Assembly: GCA_963827205.1 (NCBI GenBank)
Contig: CAWHAH010000016.1
Location: forward strand, 43,663-107,662
Reading direction: 5' to 3'
Length of the DNA stretch: 64,000 nt
From: an uncultured Verrucomicrobiae bacterium
Lineage (GTDB): Bacteria; Verrucomicrobiota; Verrucomicrobiia; Limisphaerales; UBA11358
The translations under genes and the position numbers were made by a program. The notes beneath the pieces were generated by a model, which made no database searches, was not told the origin of the DNA, and saw only the letters and a program-made list of their open reading frames with translations. Of this stretch, positions 1 to 8,286 are shown in pieces (position 1 is the first letter of the stretch; the number at the start of each line of letters is the position of its first letter).

Positions 1-1
1 G

Positions 2-208
2 AAGGGCAAAGCGGTAACCGTGTTCCGGCAAATGAATTACTCGGTCATCGCCGCCGGCGATTCATTCAATGACATCGCCATGCTGCTCGCCGCCAACGTC
101 GGCATTTTCTTCCGCGCGCCGGATGCCGTGAAGCAAGAATTTCCGGAGTTCCAAGCCGTGGAAAGCTACGCCGATTTAATGAATTTGATAAAACCGGCTA
201 TGGCCTGA
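2..208 (+). CDS. thrH: C-terminal fragment of a ThrH-like HAD-family phosphoserine phosphatase/homoserine phosphotransferase; the 5' end lies outside the window
   Basis: The frame is open from the window edge. The VIAAGDSFNDIAML HAD motif and the FPEFQAV tail match my recollection of the Pseudomonas ThrH C-terminus. Confidence 0.6.
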   Translation, partial: KGKAVTVFRQMNYSVIAAGDSFNDIAMLLAANVGIFFRAPDAVKQEFPEFQAVESYADLMNLIKPAMA

Positions 209-260
209 GCCAACGGATGGGTGGCTTGATTTGTGTTTTGAAGCGTGGTAGAGTTTAAGT

Positions 261-325
261 GGCAATGGAATTTGCCTCCTCCGAAGCCGTTCGGAGGGAA
301 GTGCCTCGCGGCTAATAATTCCTAC
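261..325 (+). promoter_or_regulatory. Candidate fluoride (crcB-motif) riboswitch aptamer with an extra internal hairpin
   Basis: GGCAAUGGAAUUUGCC ... GCC-UCGC-GGC-UAAUAAUUCCUAC parallels the published crcB aptamers (GGCGAUGGAGUUCGCC ... GCUAAUGACUCCUAC). P1 (GGCA/UGCC) and the pseudoknot (GGAAUU/AAUUCC) pairings are both preserved. An additional hairpin at 275-297 is atypical. Confidence 0.35.
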
Positions 326-478
326 CGAAAAGACAACGTCTGTCGTGTAGCGAGTTATGAAGATACTCACGGTATCGAAGCGTCGCGGTGCAATTCTTTC
401 AGACGAAGAATTCGCAGTCGCGTTTTCAACATCCCTTCAAGCGCGCATCGGCTCAACCGTCCCGGAAAGGAGAGCCGC

Positions 479-1273
479 ATGAAATGCCTCATCCTTTCCG
501 ACATTCACGGCAATTGGCCCGCGCTCCAAGCGGTGTTGGCCGCTGAACGCGATGCCGATCAGGTTCTGTGTCTCGGCGATCTGGTCAATTACGGCCCGCA
601 ACCCGCCGAGTGCGTCGCTTGGGCAATGAGGTTGAGTTCGTCGAGTCGAGTCATCCAAGGCAACCATGACCGGGCTTTCGCTTTGAAAACCGCCCCTCGC
701 TGTGCCCCAGCCAATCAGCGATTGGCTGAAGCGATGCAATCGGCCACGAACCACCTGCTGCCCCCGGAGATGAAGCGCTTCCTGGGAGCACTCCAACCAC
801 TGCAACAGTTTCGTTGCGACGAAGCCACCTGTGTCGCTTGCCACAGCCATACCACGGCTAAAAATGGGGAACGGCTTGATTCTCATTTTGGCGACCAGAA
901 CGCCCAATGGCCTTGGGAATCGGACATCGTTTTGCTTGGCCACCCCGACAAGCTGTTCGTCATGGTTGGGCATCCAGACATGCTGTTCCGTGCCCATACG
1001 CACATGCCGATGAAACGGCATTGGGGGAACACCTTGGCCGTCAACCCTGGGAGCGTCGGTCTGCCCACGGATGGCGATCCCCGCGCCGCTTACGCGCTCT
1101 GGCAGGATGGCGAGGTCACGCTACATCGGGTGGCGTATGACGTTGAGGAAACCGTGCGAGCTTTTGAACCGTTGGATTTGGACGAGCACATCAAACAACG
1201 GCTGATCGAGGGTCTGCGCACCGGAACGTGTTTGTCAACACCCGGGGCTGCGGAACCGGCAACCGCGAGGTGA
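479..1273 (+). CDS. Metallophosphoesterase (calcineurin-like/ApaH-PrpE-type phosphoesterase family)
   Basis: ATG at 479 is preceded by GGAAAGGAG. Motifs seen: LSDIHGN, CLGDLVNYGP, GNHD and the GSVG region. The upstream part of the track ORF (245-478) has no support. Confidence 0.8.
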   Translation: MKCLILSDIHGNWPALQAVLAAERDADQVLCLGDLVNYGPQPAECVAWAMRLSSSSRVIQGNHDRAFALKTAPRCAPANQRLAEAMQSATNHLLPPEMKRFLGALQPLQQFRCDEATCVACHSHTTAKNGERLDSHFGDQNAQWPWESDIVLLGHPDKLFVMVGHPDMLFRAHTHMPMKRHWGNTLAVNPGSVGLPTDGDPRAAYALWQDGEVTLHRVAYDVEETVRAFEPLDLDEHIKQRLIEGLRTGTCLSTPGAAEPATAR

Positions 1274-1275
1274 TT

Positions 1276-2223
1276 ATGGCGCATTTGAACGACATTCTGA
1301 AGCGGAGACGCCATCGTGACGCGGCCACGCAAGACTACAATCACGCGGCGGCACCAGACGCGCACAATTCGCAGCGATCCGGGTCCTGGCCGGAGACGTT
1401 CATCAATCCGAGCGACGGTTCAACGATGCGCCTCATTCCAGCGGGCGAATTCACGATGGGTTCGACGCCGGAAGACATCGAAAATGCCCGCAACCTGGAC
1501 AAGGATGGGCCGAGCTTCGCGCTGCACGAGACGCCGCAGTTTGATTTATTTGTGCCGTCCTTTTACATGAGCGTATTCACGGTGACGAATGAACAGTTCG
1601 CCCGGTTTCTTTCGGAAAGGCAGCCAAGTCCTGCGCTCTTTGACCTTTGGGTTTATTCGATGGCCCACATTCTCAAGCCCGATGGAAACAGCCGGGATTA
1701 TCGCGTTGACATGGGGTTTGAACGGCATCCCGCCGTCCACGTGACGTGGTTCGGCGCCGACGCGTATTGCCGCTGGGCCAAATTGCGTTTGCCCACCGAA
1801 GTCGAATGGGAAAAAGCGGCGCGCGGGACGGACGCCCGGCTGTTTCCCTGGGGGAACGAATGGCACGACGACTACCTGCGGTGGAATCGCGGCAGTCGCC
1901 CTGAGAATGAGCCGACTGCTCCTGTGGATGCGTATCCGGAAGGCCGTTCGCCCTACGGCATTTTTCAAATGGCGGGTAATGTCGCGGAATGGTGTGAAGA
2001 TTGGTATCAGCCGAATGCCTACACCGAGCACGCGTTCGGCAACCGGCGTTCGCCGCCTTCCGGCGATGAACGGGTGCTGCGCGGCGGAACGTGCGTGCAA
2101 TGGCACGGGTTGAAATTCCGTTGTGCCATGCGCCAGGCGAGCACCCCGGCTTTTACCAATGTGGATTTCACCGGCATCCGCTGCGCGTGCGATCTGCCGG
2201 CGACGCATCGTGAAAGTGACTGA
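1276..2223 (+). CDS. FGE/SUMF1-type (formylglycine-generating enzyme family) domain protein, apparently cytoplasmic
   Basis: Motifs seen: RLIPAGEFTMGS, HPAVHVTWFGADAYCRWA, LPTEVEWEKAARG, GNVAEWCEDW and RVLRGG. No signal peptide. Starts 2 nt after the upstream stop. Confidence 0.85.
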   Translation: MAHLNDILKRRRHRDAATQDYNHAAAPDAHNSQRSGSWPETFINPSDGSTMRLIPAGEFTMGSTPEDIENARNLDKDGPSFALHETPQFDLFVPSFYMSVFTVTNEQFARFLSERQPSPALFDLWVYSMAHILKPDGNSRDYRVDMGFERHPAVHVTWFGADAYCRWAKLRLPTEVEWEKAARGTDARLFPWGNEWHDDYLRWNRGSRPENEPTAPVDAYPEGRSPYGIFQMAGNVAEWCEDWYQPNAYTEHAFGNRRSPPSGDERVLRGGTCVQWHGLKFRCAMRQASTPAFTNVDFTGIRCACDLPATHRESD

Positions 2224-2224
2224 T

Positions 2225-2431
2225 ATGAACACGCCACTCAATGACCTTATTGAGCTGCACGAATTGGCGCAGCGACACGAAAACGAGAACTGTGCAATCA
2301 GCCTGCACAGGAAAATTGCTGGCTCAACGGCTGCGCCGCGCATGCCAGCGGTCATCACAGAACCCACAAAAAGCATGTCAATCCTGAACAAATCTGTCCA
2401 CGCGGTTGACGCAAAAACGAGGAGAATATGA
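2225..2431 (+). CDS. Small hypothetical protein (68 aa), a paralogue of the N-terminus of the 2726-3232 Zn-ribbon protein
   Basis: ATG lies 1 nt after the FGE gene stop. MNTPLNDLIELHELAQRHEN aligns with MNKTLTSLIQLQELMCRYEN. Confidence 0.4.
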   Translation: MNTPLNDLIELHELAQRHENENCAISLHRKIAGSTAAPRMPAVITEPTKSMSILNKSVHAVDAKTRRI

Positions 2432-2679
2432 GCAATTATGACATACCAAGACGGGAACGTTTGGCAGCGGAGGTGCGCGCGCGTCTGGAAGCGGACCTCG
2501 GGCCGTACACTCGGACCTTTTTTGAAGGCGCGCTGGAGTCGATTCCGATCGAGCAAACAGTTTTGTTCTTTGAAACTTTAGAGGAGTATCTGGCGAGGGC
2601 ACCCGAACGATTGGAAAGAGAATTGAGGAATTCTCATATGAATACGGGCGTGAGTTGGACAAGGCCTGAGAAGGGCTAA
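2428..2679 (+). CDS. Small acidic helical hypothetical protein (83 aa)
   Basis: ATGA stop/start overlap with the upstream ORF. GGAGA sits 3 nt upstream of the ATG. Confidence 0.45.
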   Translation: MSNYDIPRRERLAAEVRARLEADLGPYTRTFFEGALESIPIEQTVLFFETLEEYLARAPERLERELRNSHMNTGVSWTRPEKG

Positions 2680-2725
2680 CTTTGGAGCAGGTCCTGAACA
2701 TGGATGCCGAGGAACCGTGAAGCGA

Positions 2726-3232
2726 ATGGTTATGAACAAGACATTGACAAGCCTGATTCAATTGCAGGAACTGATGTGCCGTTACGAAAATGCAGGGCAT
2801 CCAGCCAGTCTGCGCAGGCAAGCTGACCGTCTGCGAACCAAACTGCCAGAAACCATCCTGCGACAGTTCGACCGTCTCGCAGAGCATGGGCGATTGCCGG
2901 TAGCGCATGTGTCGGCGTCCGGCGCGTGCGGAAGTTGTCATCTTCAACTGACAGCCAGCGATGTGTTGCGATTGCGTCATGCACTGGAGTCGAACGAGGA
3001 AAACTTTTCCCTCTGTCCTTTCTGTGGCGGCTTTTTATATTCGCCAGTCGCGTTGAGTGGCGTGGCGCAGACTTCCAAGTCTGCTGTATCGCAGGTTTCT
3101 CAACCTGCGAGCCGCGCCCGCGACCGCCGCTCTGCCGATTTGGGAATCGGCGATACAGCGGGTTTGGAAACCCGCGCTACCAAGTCCTCGGTGGTTGCAA
3201 ACGGGAAAGCGACAACCACAATTTCGTCATGA
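2726..3232 (+). CDS. Zn-ribbon (CxxC...CxxC) coiled-coil protein; its C-terminal tail is encoded by a REP-like hairpin cluster
   Basis: Contains GACGSCHLQL ... LCPFCGGFLY. The start is ambiguous (GTG 2717, ATG 2726, ATG 2732). The last ~55 codons run through the 3067-3180 repeats. Confidence 0.6.
   Translation: MVMNKTLTSLIQLQELMCRYENAGHPASLRRQADRLRTKLPETILRQFDRLAEHGRLPVAHVSASGACGSCHLQLTASDVLRLRHALESNEENFSLCPFCGGFLYSPVALSGVAQTSKSAVSQVSQPASRARDRRSADLGIGDTAGLETRATKSSVVANGKATTTISS
3067..3180. repeat. Cluster of four short REP-like hairpins
   Basis: Perfect 7-8-bp stems joined by TGTATC / GATACAG / GCTAC linkers: gcagact-tcca-agtctgc, gcaggtt-tctc-aacctgc, gccgatt-tggg-aatcggc, gcgggttt-gg-aaacccgc. 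This is the same style as the units inside the 220-bp repeats at 34657 and 38638. Confidence 0.8.
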
Positions 3233-5802
3233 CAGAAGCTCAGACAATTGCTCCACCGGGCGTGAATCATAACGCCGACCCGGAATCGCTTCGCCTCTAC
3301 ACGAAACGCAAGCTGGCGCTGGCCGCGCAGTTGCGCGCGTTGCGCGATGTTGTCCAGCGACGCGGCGATAAAACACGCCTCGAACAATGTGACGACCTGA
3401 TTGTGAAACTCGCTGAAGACCGTTTCACGCTCGCCGTAGTCGGACAATTCAAGCGCGGCAAAAGTTCGTTGATGAACGCCATCATCGGGCGCGAACTGCT
3501 GCCCGTCGGTGTTTTGCCGCTGACTTCCGCCATCACGATTTTGCGTTACGGCCCGAAGGAACGGCTGCTCATCCGCCGCGACAACGTGGCCTTGCCCTTT
3601 CCAGAGGAATTTCCCGTTCAACGGCTGGCCGAATTCGTCACGGAAAAAGAAAATCCGGGCAATTGCAAACGGATCAAGACGGCCACGATTGAAGTGCCGT
3701 TGCCGTTCCTGCGGCGCGGGTTGGAATTTGTGGATACGCCGGGCATCGGTTCGGCCATTGCAGCAAACACGGCCACGACGCTGAATTTCCTGCCGGAATG
3801 CGACGCGGTGTTGTTCGTCACGAGCGTGGATTCGCCGTTCACCCGCGTTGAACTGGAATTCCTGAAAAACATCCGCCAGCATGTCCGCAAAATTTTCTTC
3901 GTCGTCAATAAAACCGATTTACTGGACGCGAACGAGCGAAGCGACGTGTTGGATTACGTTCGCAACGCTATCCGTGAGCGAATGGGAACCGAGGAAGTGA
4001 ACGTCTTCCCGGTTTCCGCGCGGCTTGGCCTGGCGGCGAAATTAAACGGCGGCTGGTCGGAGTGCCTGGAGAGCGGATTGACCGAATTGGAAGATTCGCT
4101 CGCCCGTTTTCTGTCCGGTGAAAAGGCATCGGTCTTTCTCGTGGCGGTCATCAACCGGGCACTTTGGTTGTGCGGGCAGGAATCGGTCGAAATCGGTTTG
4201 CGTGAGCGGGCGAATGAGCTTCCCGAAAAAGTTTTGATCGAACGGCTGGGAACGGTGACGGCGCAATGGGAAGATCGAAAAGAAGAACGGCGGCAGATTT
4301 TTGAACGGCTGCAGCAGCGAATCCTCTCCGAAGTTCGCGTGGCGTTAATGCCGGAATTGCTCCCGTTCATCCGTTCGGAAACGGATGCGTTCGCCGTCGC
4401 CGTGGAACGCCTGTCTGTTCAAGCAGCGTGGTGGCCCTTGTGGGACAGGTGGGAGAAAATCGAACAAACTGCGTTGAATCAAACCAACAAAAATGTCTTG
4501 GACTGGCTTTCGGAACGCGCAGCGCGGTTCAGTTTCGCTGCCGATGAAGCGGCGCGCTGCGACTGGCAAAGGATTCAATCTAACCTGGCCGGTTTGCCGG
4601 CCATTGCCGCCGACGTTTTTGGTTTGCGCCACGTCGCAAAAGCGGACGAAGCCATGCTTCCGCCGTGGCGTTTGAATGTGAAATTCGAGCCGCCGCTTGT
4701 CTTCAATTTTCGACGCCGGGTTCATTTGCCTTTGTGGCCGGCCATATTGCCAGCGTTCCTGACACGAAAATGGCTGAAGAAGCATTTGCGGAAGGAAAGT
4801 GATCGGATGGCGGGTGGATGGCAGGACGCCGTGATAACGTATGCAGCGGACAATGTGCGAAAGGCGTTGGATCATCTGGCAAATGATGTGGAAATGCGCG
4901 CCCATGAAATCGGCCTGCGCGTGATGGCGTCGCTTCGGAGCGGCGAATCTTTCCCCCGAAATTTAGCGGACTGCACTGAAACGCTGGATGCGGTACGCCG
5001 CCAACTGTTGGCGTTGCGCAATGAGATTTCCCCGGTCGCTTCGCCAACCCAGGCGGTGGGTGAATCCGTCGAAATGCCAACTCTCCCGACGCCTTCATCT
5101 TCGATAAGCCTGCCTGCCGTCGAACCGCCCAAACCTGACCCGGCTGGCGACCTCAAAACGCGCAGTTGCCCTGCATGCAATTATCTGGCCGCCTTGTTGT
5201 TTCATTTCCTTTCCCAATTCCAATACGACCTCGCGTATGACGATGCCGCGCAAGAAGACTTCGCCGAAACGCTGGGCTTCTGCGCATTGCACACGTGGCA
5301 ACTCGAAGCGGTGTCGTCCCCGGTCGGCGCGTCCATCGGTTTCGCAAAGCTGGTGGAACGCGTTTCAAATATTCTCGCGGCAAGAGCAAAATCACCGGCC
5401 AACGGGCACAATGCGGTGAAACTGGTTCGTGATTCATCGGAATGTCACGTCTGCCGATTGTTGCGCGAGGCGGAGCGGGATTATTTGCGGCAGTTGGCTG
5501 AATTTATCACGCCGCCGGATGGCCGCGCGGCTTATGCCGGTTCACAAGGTGTCTGCCTGCGGCATCTTGGTTTGTGGCTTCCGATGCTGGCGGATGAGGG
5601 AATTGCCCGCTTCGTGCTGGAGGAAGCCGCGTGTCATTTTGAGCAACTGGCCGAAGACATGCAGCATTTCAGCCTGAAAACGCAGGCGTTGCGTCGCAAT
5701 TTGCGCAACCAGGATGAAGAGGATGCATGTTTGCGCGCCATCACTCATCTCGTCGGCACCAAGGGCTATTGCGTGCCGATGAGCCGGGAGGTGGAAATAT
5801 GA
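3229..5802 (+). CDS. Dynamin-family (bacterial dynamin-like) GTPase with a C-terminal tandem CxxC...GxCxxH module
   Basis: P-loop GQFKRGKSS, DTPG and NKTD motifs. The ATG at 3229 overlaps the upstream stop (ATGA). The track ORF start at 2926 is an out-of-frame overlap with the Zn-ribbon gene. Confidence 0.85.
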   Translation: MTEAQTIAPPGVNHNADPESLRLYTKRKLALAAQLRALRDVVQRRGDKTRLEQCDDLIVKLAEDRFTLAVVGQFKRGKSSLMNAIIGRELLPVGVLPLTSAITILRYGPKERLLIRRDNVALPFPEEFPVQRLAEFVTEKENPGNCKRIKTATIEVPLPFLRRGLEFVDTPGIGSAIAANTATTLNFLPECDAVLFVTSVDSPFTRVELEFLKNIRQHVRKIFFVVNKTDLLDANERSDVLDYVRNAIRERMGTEEVNVFPVSARLGLAAKLNGGWSECLESGLTELEDSLARFLSGEKASVFLVAVINRALWLCGQESVEIGLRERANELPEKVLIERLGTVTAQWEDRKEERRQIFERLQQRILSEVRVALMPELLPFIRSETDAFAVAVERLSVQAAWWPLWDRWEKIEQTALNQTNKNVLDWLSERAARFSFAADEAARCDWQRIQSNLAGLPAIAADVFGLRHVAKADEAMLPPWRLNVKFEPPLVFNFRRRVHLPLWPAILPAFLTRKWLKKHLRKESDRMAGGWQDAVITYAADNVRKALDHLANDVEMRAHEIGLRVMASLRSGESFPRNLADCTETLDAVRRQLLALRNEISPVASPTQAVGESVEMPTLPTPSSSISLPAVEPPKPDPAGDLKTRSCPACNYLAALLFHFLSQFQYDLAYDDAAQEDFAETLGFCALHTWQLEAVSSPVGASIGFAKLVERVSNILAARAKSPANGHNAVKLVRDSSECHVCRLLREAERDYLRQLAEFITPPDGRAAYAGSQGVCLRHLGLWLPMLADEGIARFVLEEAACHFEQLAEDMQHFSLKTQALRRNLRNQDEEDACLRAITHLVGTKGYCVPMSREVEI

Positions 5803-5830
5803 AACGCGACCTTTGGGATCACCCAAGTAA

Positions 5831-7039
5831 TCAGAGCAGTGCCGGCAGCAGGGCGTAAAACTCCGTCGCACGAACCAGGTCGGCCAGCGGCACTTGGTCA
5901 AGCACACCGTGAGCGGTGGTTTCGTCCCCGGCCGCAAAGATGATGGTCGGGATGTTGGCCTTGCCCATCCAATAAATTCCGTTGGTCGAAAAGTTGAGCT
6001 TGCCGGCCTTCGGCGTTCCGCCCCAAAGCATCTGCGCCGCCTTCAGGCCGGCCTGCACCAAAGGATGGTCTTCGCCAAGTGCCCAGGCGGGGAAGTATTT
6101 TTCCACCGGAAAGACAAAGCCGGTGTAGCTCGGCGTGTCGTAGTGAAGCATTTCCACCCGGATGTGGTTGCGCTGTTTCTCCGGGACCAGCGCTTCTACC
6201 TGCGCGATGGCCTGCTCCTTCGTCTCGCCGAAGGTCAACCGGCGGTCAATGTAGATCGTGCATTCGTCCGGGACGGCGTTGATCGAAGGGGTCTGGCACT
6301 CGATCTTGCTCACCGTGATTCGGCCTTGGCCCAAGAAGGCATCGGTATGAAGACGGTCATTGAGTTGCTCGATGCCGGCGATAATTGGCAGCATTTTGTA
6401 AATCGCATTGTCGCCGAGTTGATTTGAAGCGGCATGAATCGAGCGCCCCTTGGCGGTCACTTTCAGTTCCACCCGCCCCTTGTGGCCGCGATATACGTTC
6501 ATCTCGGTCGGTTCGCCGACAACGACATAGTCTGGCCGGAGGCCCTCGCGCTCGACCAACGCCTGACAGGCCAGCCCATCGCAGTCCTCTTCCATGTTGC
6601 CGAAGTAATACACCGTGAAGCCGTCCAGCAGACCGAGTTCCTTGGCCAAGGCGATACCGTAAAGCATGCCCGGCGTTGATTGCTTCTCATCCCCGGCCCC
6701 GCGAGCAAATAGAATCCCGTTCTCGACCTTGCCCTGGAACGGGTCCCAGCCCCAAGCTGACCGGTCGCCGACATCCACCGTGTCTATGTGCGAATCATAC
6801 AGCAAAATTCTCTTTCCTCGCCCCATCCGGCCGAGGACGTTGCCCATGCGATCAAAGTGAACGTCCTCGAAGCCCAGCCGTGCCATTTCTTCCATGATGC
6901 GTTTGCCAACCTCGCCAATCCGGCCCATCACACTGGGGATCGCGCAAATTTCCCGCATGAAGCGGATGATCGAGTCCCGCTGCCTGGCGACGCGAGCTTG
7001 AATGCGCGGGACAATTTCGGTTTTGAGGTTTGTTTTCAT
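5831..7039 (-). CDS. M20-family metallohydrolase, YgeY-like
   Basis: Motifs seen: SHIDTVDVGD, ARGAGDEKQS and the overall M20 pattern. Full-length ORF. Confidence 0.8.
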   Translation of the reverse strand: MKTNLKTEIVPRIQARVARQRDSIIRFMREICAIPSVMGRIGEVGKRIMEEMARLGFEDVHFDRMGNVLGRMGRGKRILLYDSHIDTVDVGDRSAWGWDPFQGKVENGILFARGAGDEKQSTPGMLYGIALAKELGLLDGFTVYYFGNMEEDCDGLACQALVEREGLRPDYVVVGEPTEMNVYRGHKGRVELKVTAKGRSIHAASNQLGDNAIYKMLPIIAGIEQLNDRLHTDAFLGQGRITVSKIECQTPSINAVPDECTIYIDRRLTFGETKEQAIAQVEALVPEKQRNHIRVEMLHYDTPSYTGFVFPVEKYFPAWALGEDHPLVQAGLKAAQMLWGGTPKAGKLNFSTNGIYWMGKANIPTIIFAAGDETTAHGVLDQVPLADLVRATEFYALLPALL

Positions 7040-7288
7040 GTTCGTTCAGTAAAGAATGCAAAATCCCGAATGTGAAACCGGCAGGGCGCGGAGCAAGGGA
7101 AAGCCGATGCCCATTCACAAGCGTGAGCCGAGTGTATGGAGCGAGCTTAGGATCGTCAAGTGCGGCACGATTGACTGGCTGACAGGCGCGACAATGATGC
7201 GCAGTTTTGGCAGTGGACTTTCCCGTGTCGAAAGGGAAAAATGCCGGAAACTTTTAGAACCGAGCAAAAACCTACCGAAGGCGAGACT

Positions 7289-8164
7289 ATGGCACGCATT
7301 ATACGAAGCGGACTCATTCAGGCGACGAATCCCGAACCCGGCACTTCGCCGGTCAAGAAGATAAAGCAGGCGATGATTGAGAAGCATGTGAAGCTGATCA
7401 ACCAGGCGGCAAGAAAGGGCGTGCAGGTGTTGTGCTTGCAGGAAATCTTCTACGGCCCCTACTTCTGCTGCGAGCAGGAGATCAAATGGTATGAGGCAGC
7501 GGAGCGCGTGCCCAATGGCCCGACCACGCAACTAATGCAGCGGCTGGCGAAGAAGCACGGCATAGTGATGGTCGTTCCCGTTTATGAAGAGGAAGGCACT
7601 GGAACTTACTACAACACGGCTGCGGTCATTGACGCGGACGGCAAATTCCTCGGCAAGTATCGGAAGAATCACATCCCGCATTGCAAGCCCGGCTTCTGGG
7701 AAAAATTCTATTTCAAGCCCGGCAACCTGGGCTATCCCGTCTTTGAAACCGCCGTCGGAAAAGTGGGCGTCTATATCTGCTACGACCGGCATTTCCCCGA
7801 AGGCTGGCGTTTGCTCGGGCTCAATGGCGCAGAAATCGTGTTCAACCCCAGCGCGACGGTGGCGGGTTTGAGCGAGTATTTGTGGAAGTTGGAGCAGCCT
7901 GCCGCTGCGGTGGCCAACGTATTTTATGTGGGCGCGATCAACCGCGTGGGCTGCGAAAAACCCTGGCGCTTCGGCGAGTTCTATGGACAAAGTTACTTCT
8001 GCAACCCGCGCGGGCAGTTGCTGGCGGAAGGGCCGCGAGACAAGGACGCGGTGATTGCGGCGGACTTGGATCTCGAAATGATCCGTGAGGTTCGCAACGT
8101 CTGGCAGTTCTACCGCGACCGACGCCCCGAAACCTACGGAGAGATGAGCCAGTTATTGCCGTGA
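7289..8164 (+). CDS. Carbon-nitrogen hydrolase (nitrilase superfamily), beta-ureidopropionase-like
   Basis: Motifs seen: CLQEIF, RKNHIP, VYICYDRHFPE (catalytic Cys context) and NPSATV. Resembles animal-type beta-alanine synthase. Confidence 0.8.
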   Translation: MARIIRSGLIQATNPEPGTSPVKKIKQAMIEKHVKLINQAARKGVQVLCLQEIFYGPYFCCEQEIKWYEAAERVPNGPTTQLMQRLAKKHGIVMVVPVYEEEGTGTYYNTAAVIDADGKFLGKYRKNHIPHCKPGFWEKFYFKPGNLGYPVFETAVGKVGVYICYDRHFPEGWRLLGLNGAEIVFNPSATVAGLSEYLWKLEQPAAAVANVFYVGAINRVGCEKPWRFGEFYGQSYFCNPRGQLLAEGPRDKDAVIAADLDLEMIREVRNVWQFYRDRRPETYGEMSQLLP

Positions 8165-8286
8165 TCCGGCAAGTTTGTGCCACGGATCCGCCCCAAGGTG
8201 ACGGCAACGAATGATTCTTTTGGGGGCTATGTCAGCAACCTCACCGACCGGGCAGATTTGAATCGTCAGTCCAAACCCAATTCCCC

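Noticed and set aside
2926-3228. N-terminal extension of the dynamin ORF (track start 2926)
   Set aside because: It overlaps the Zn-ribbon gene out of frame and is encoded by the hairpin repeat cluster. The ATG at 3229, with its ATGA coupling, is the credible start.
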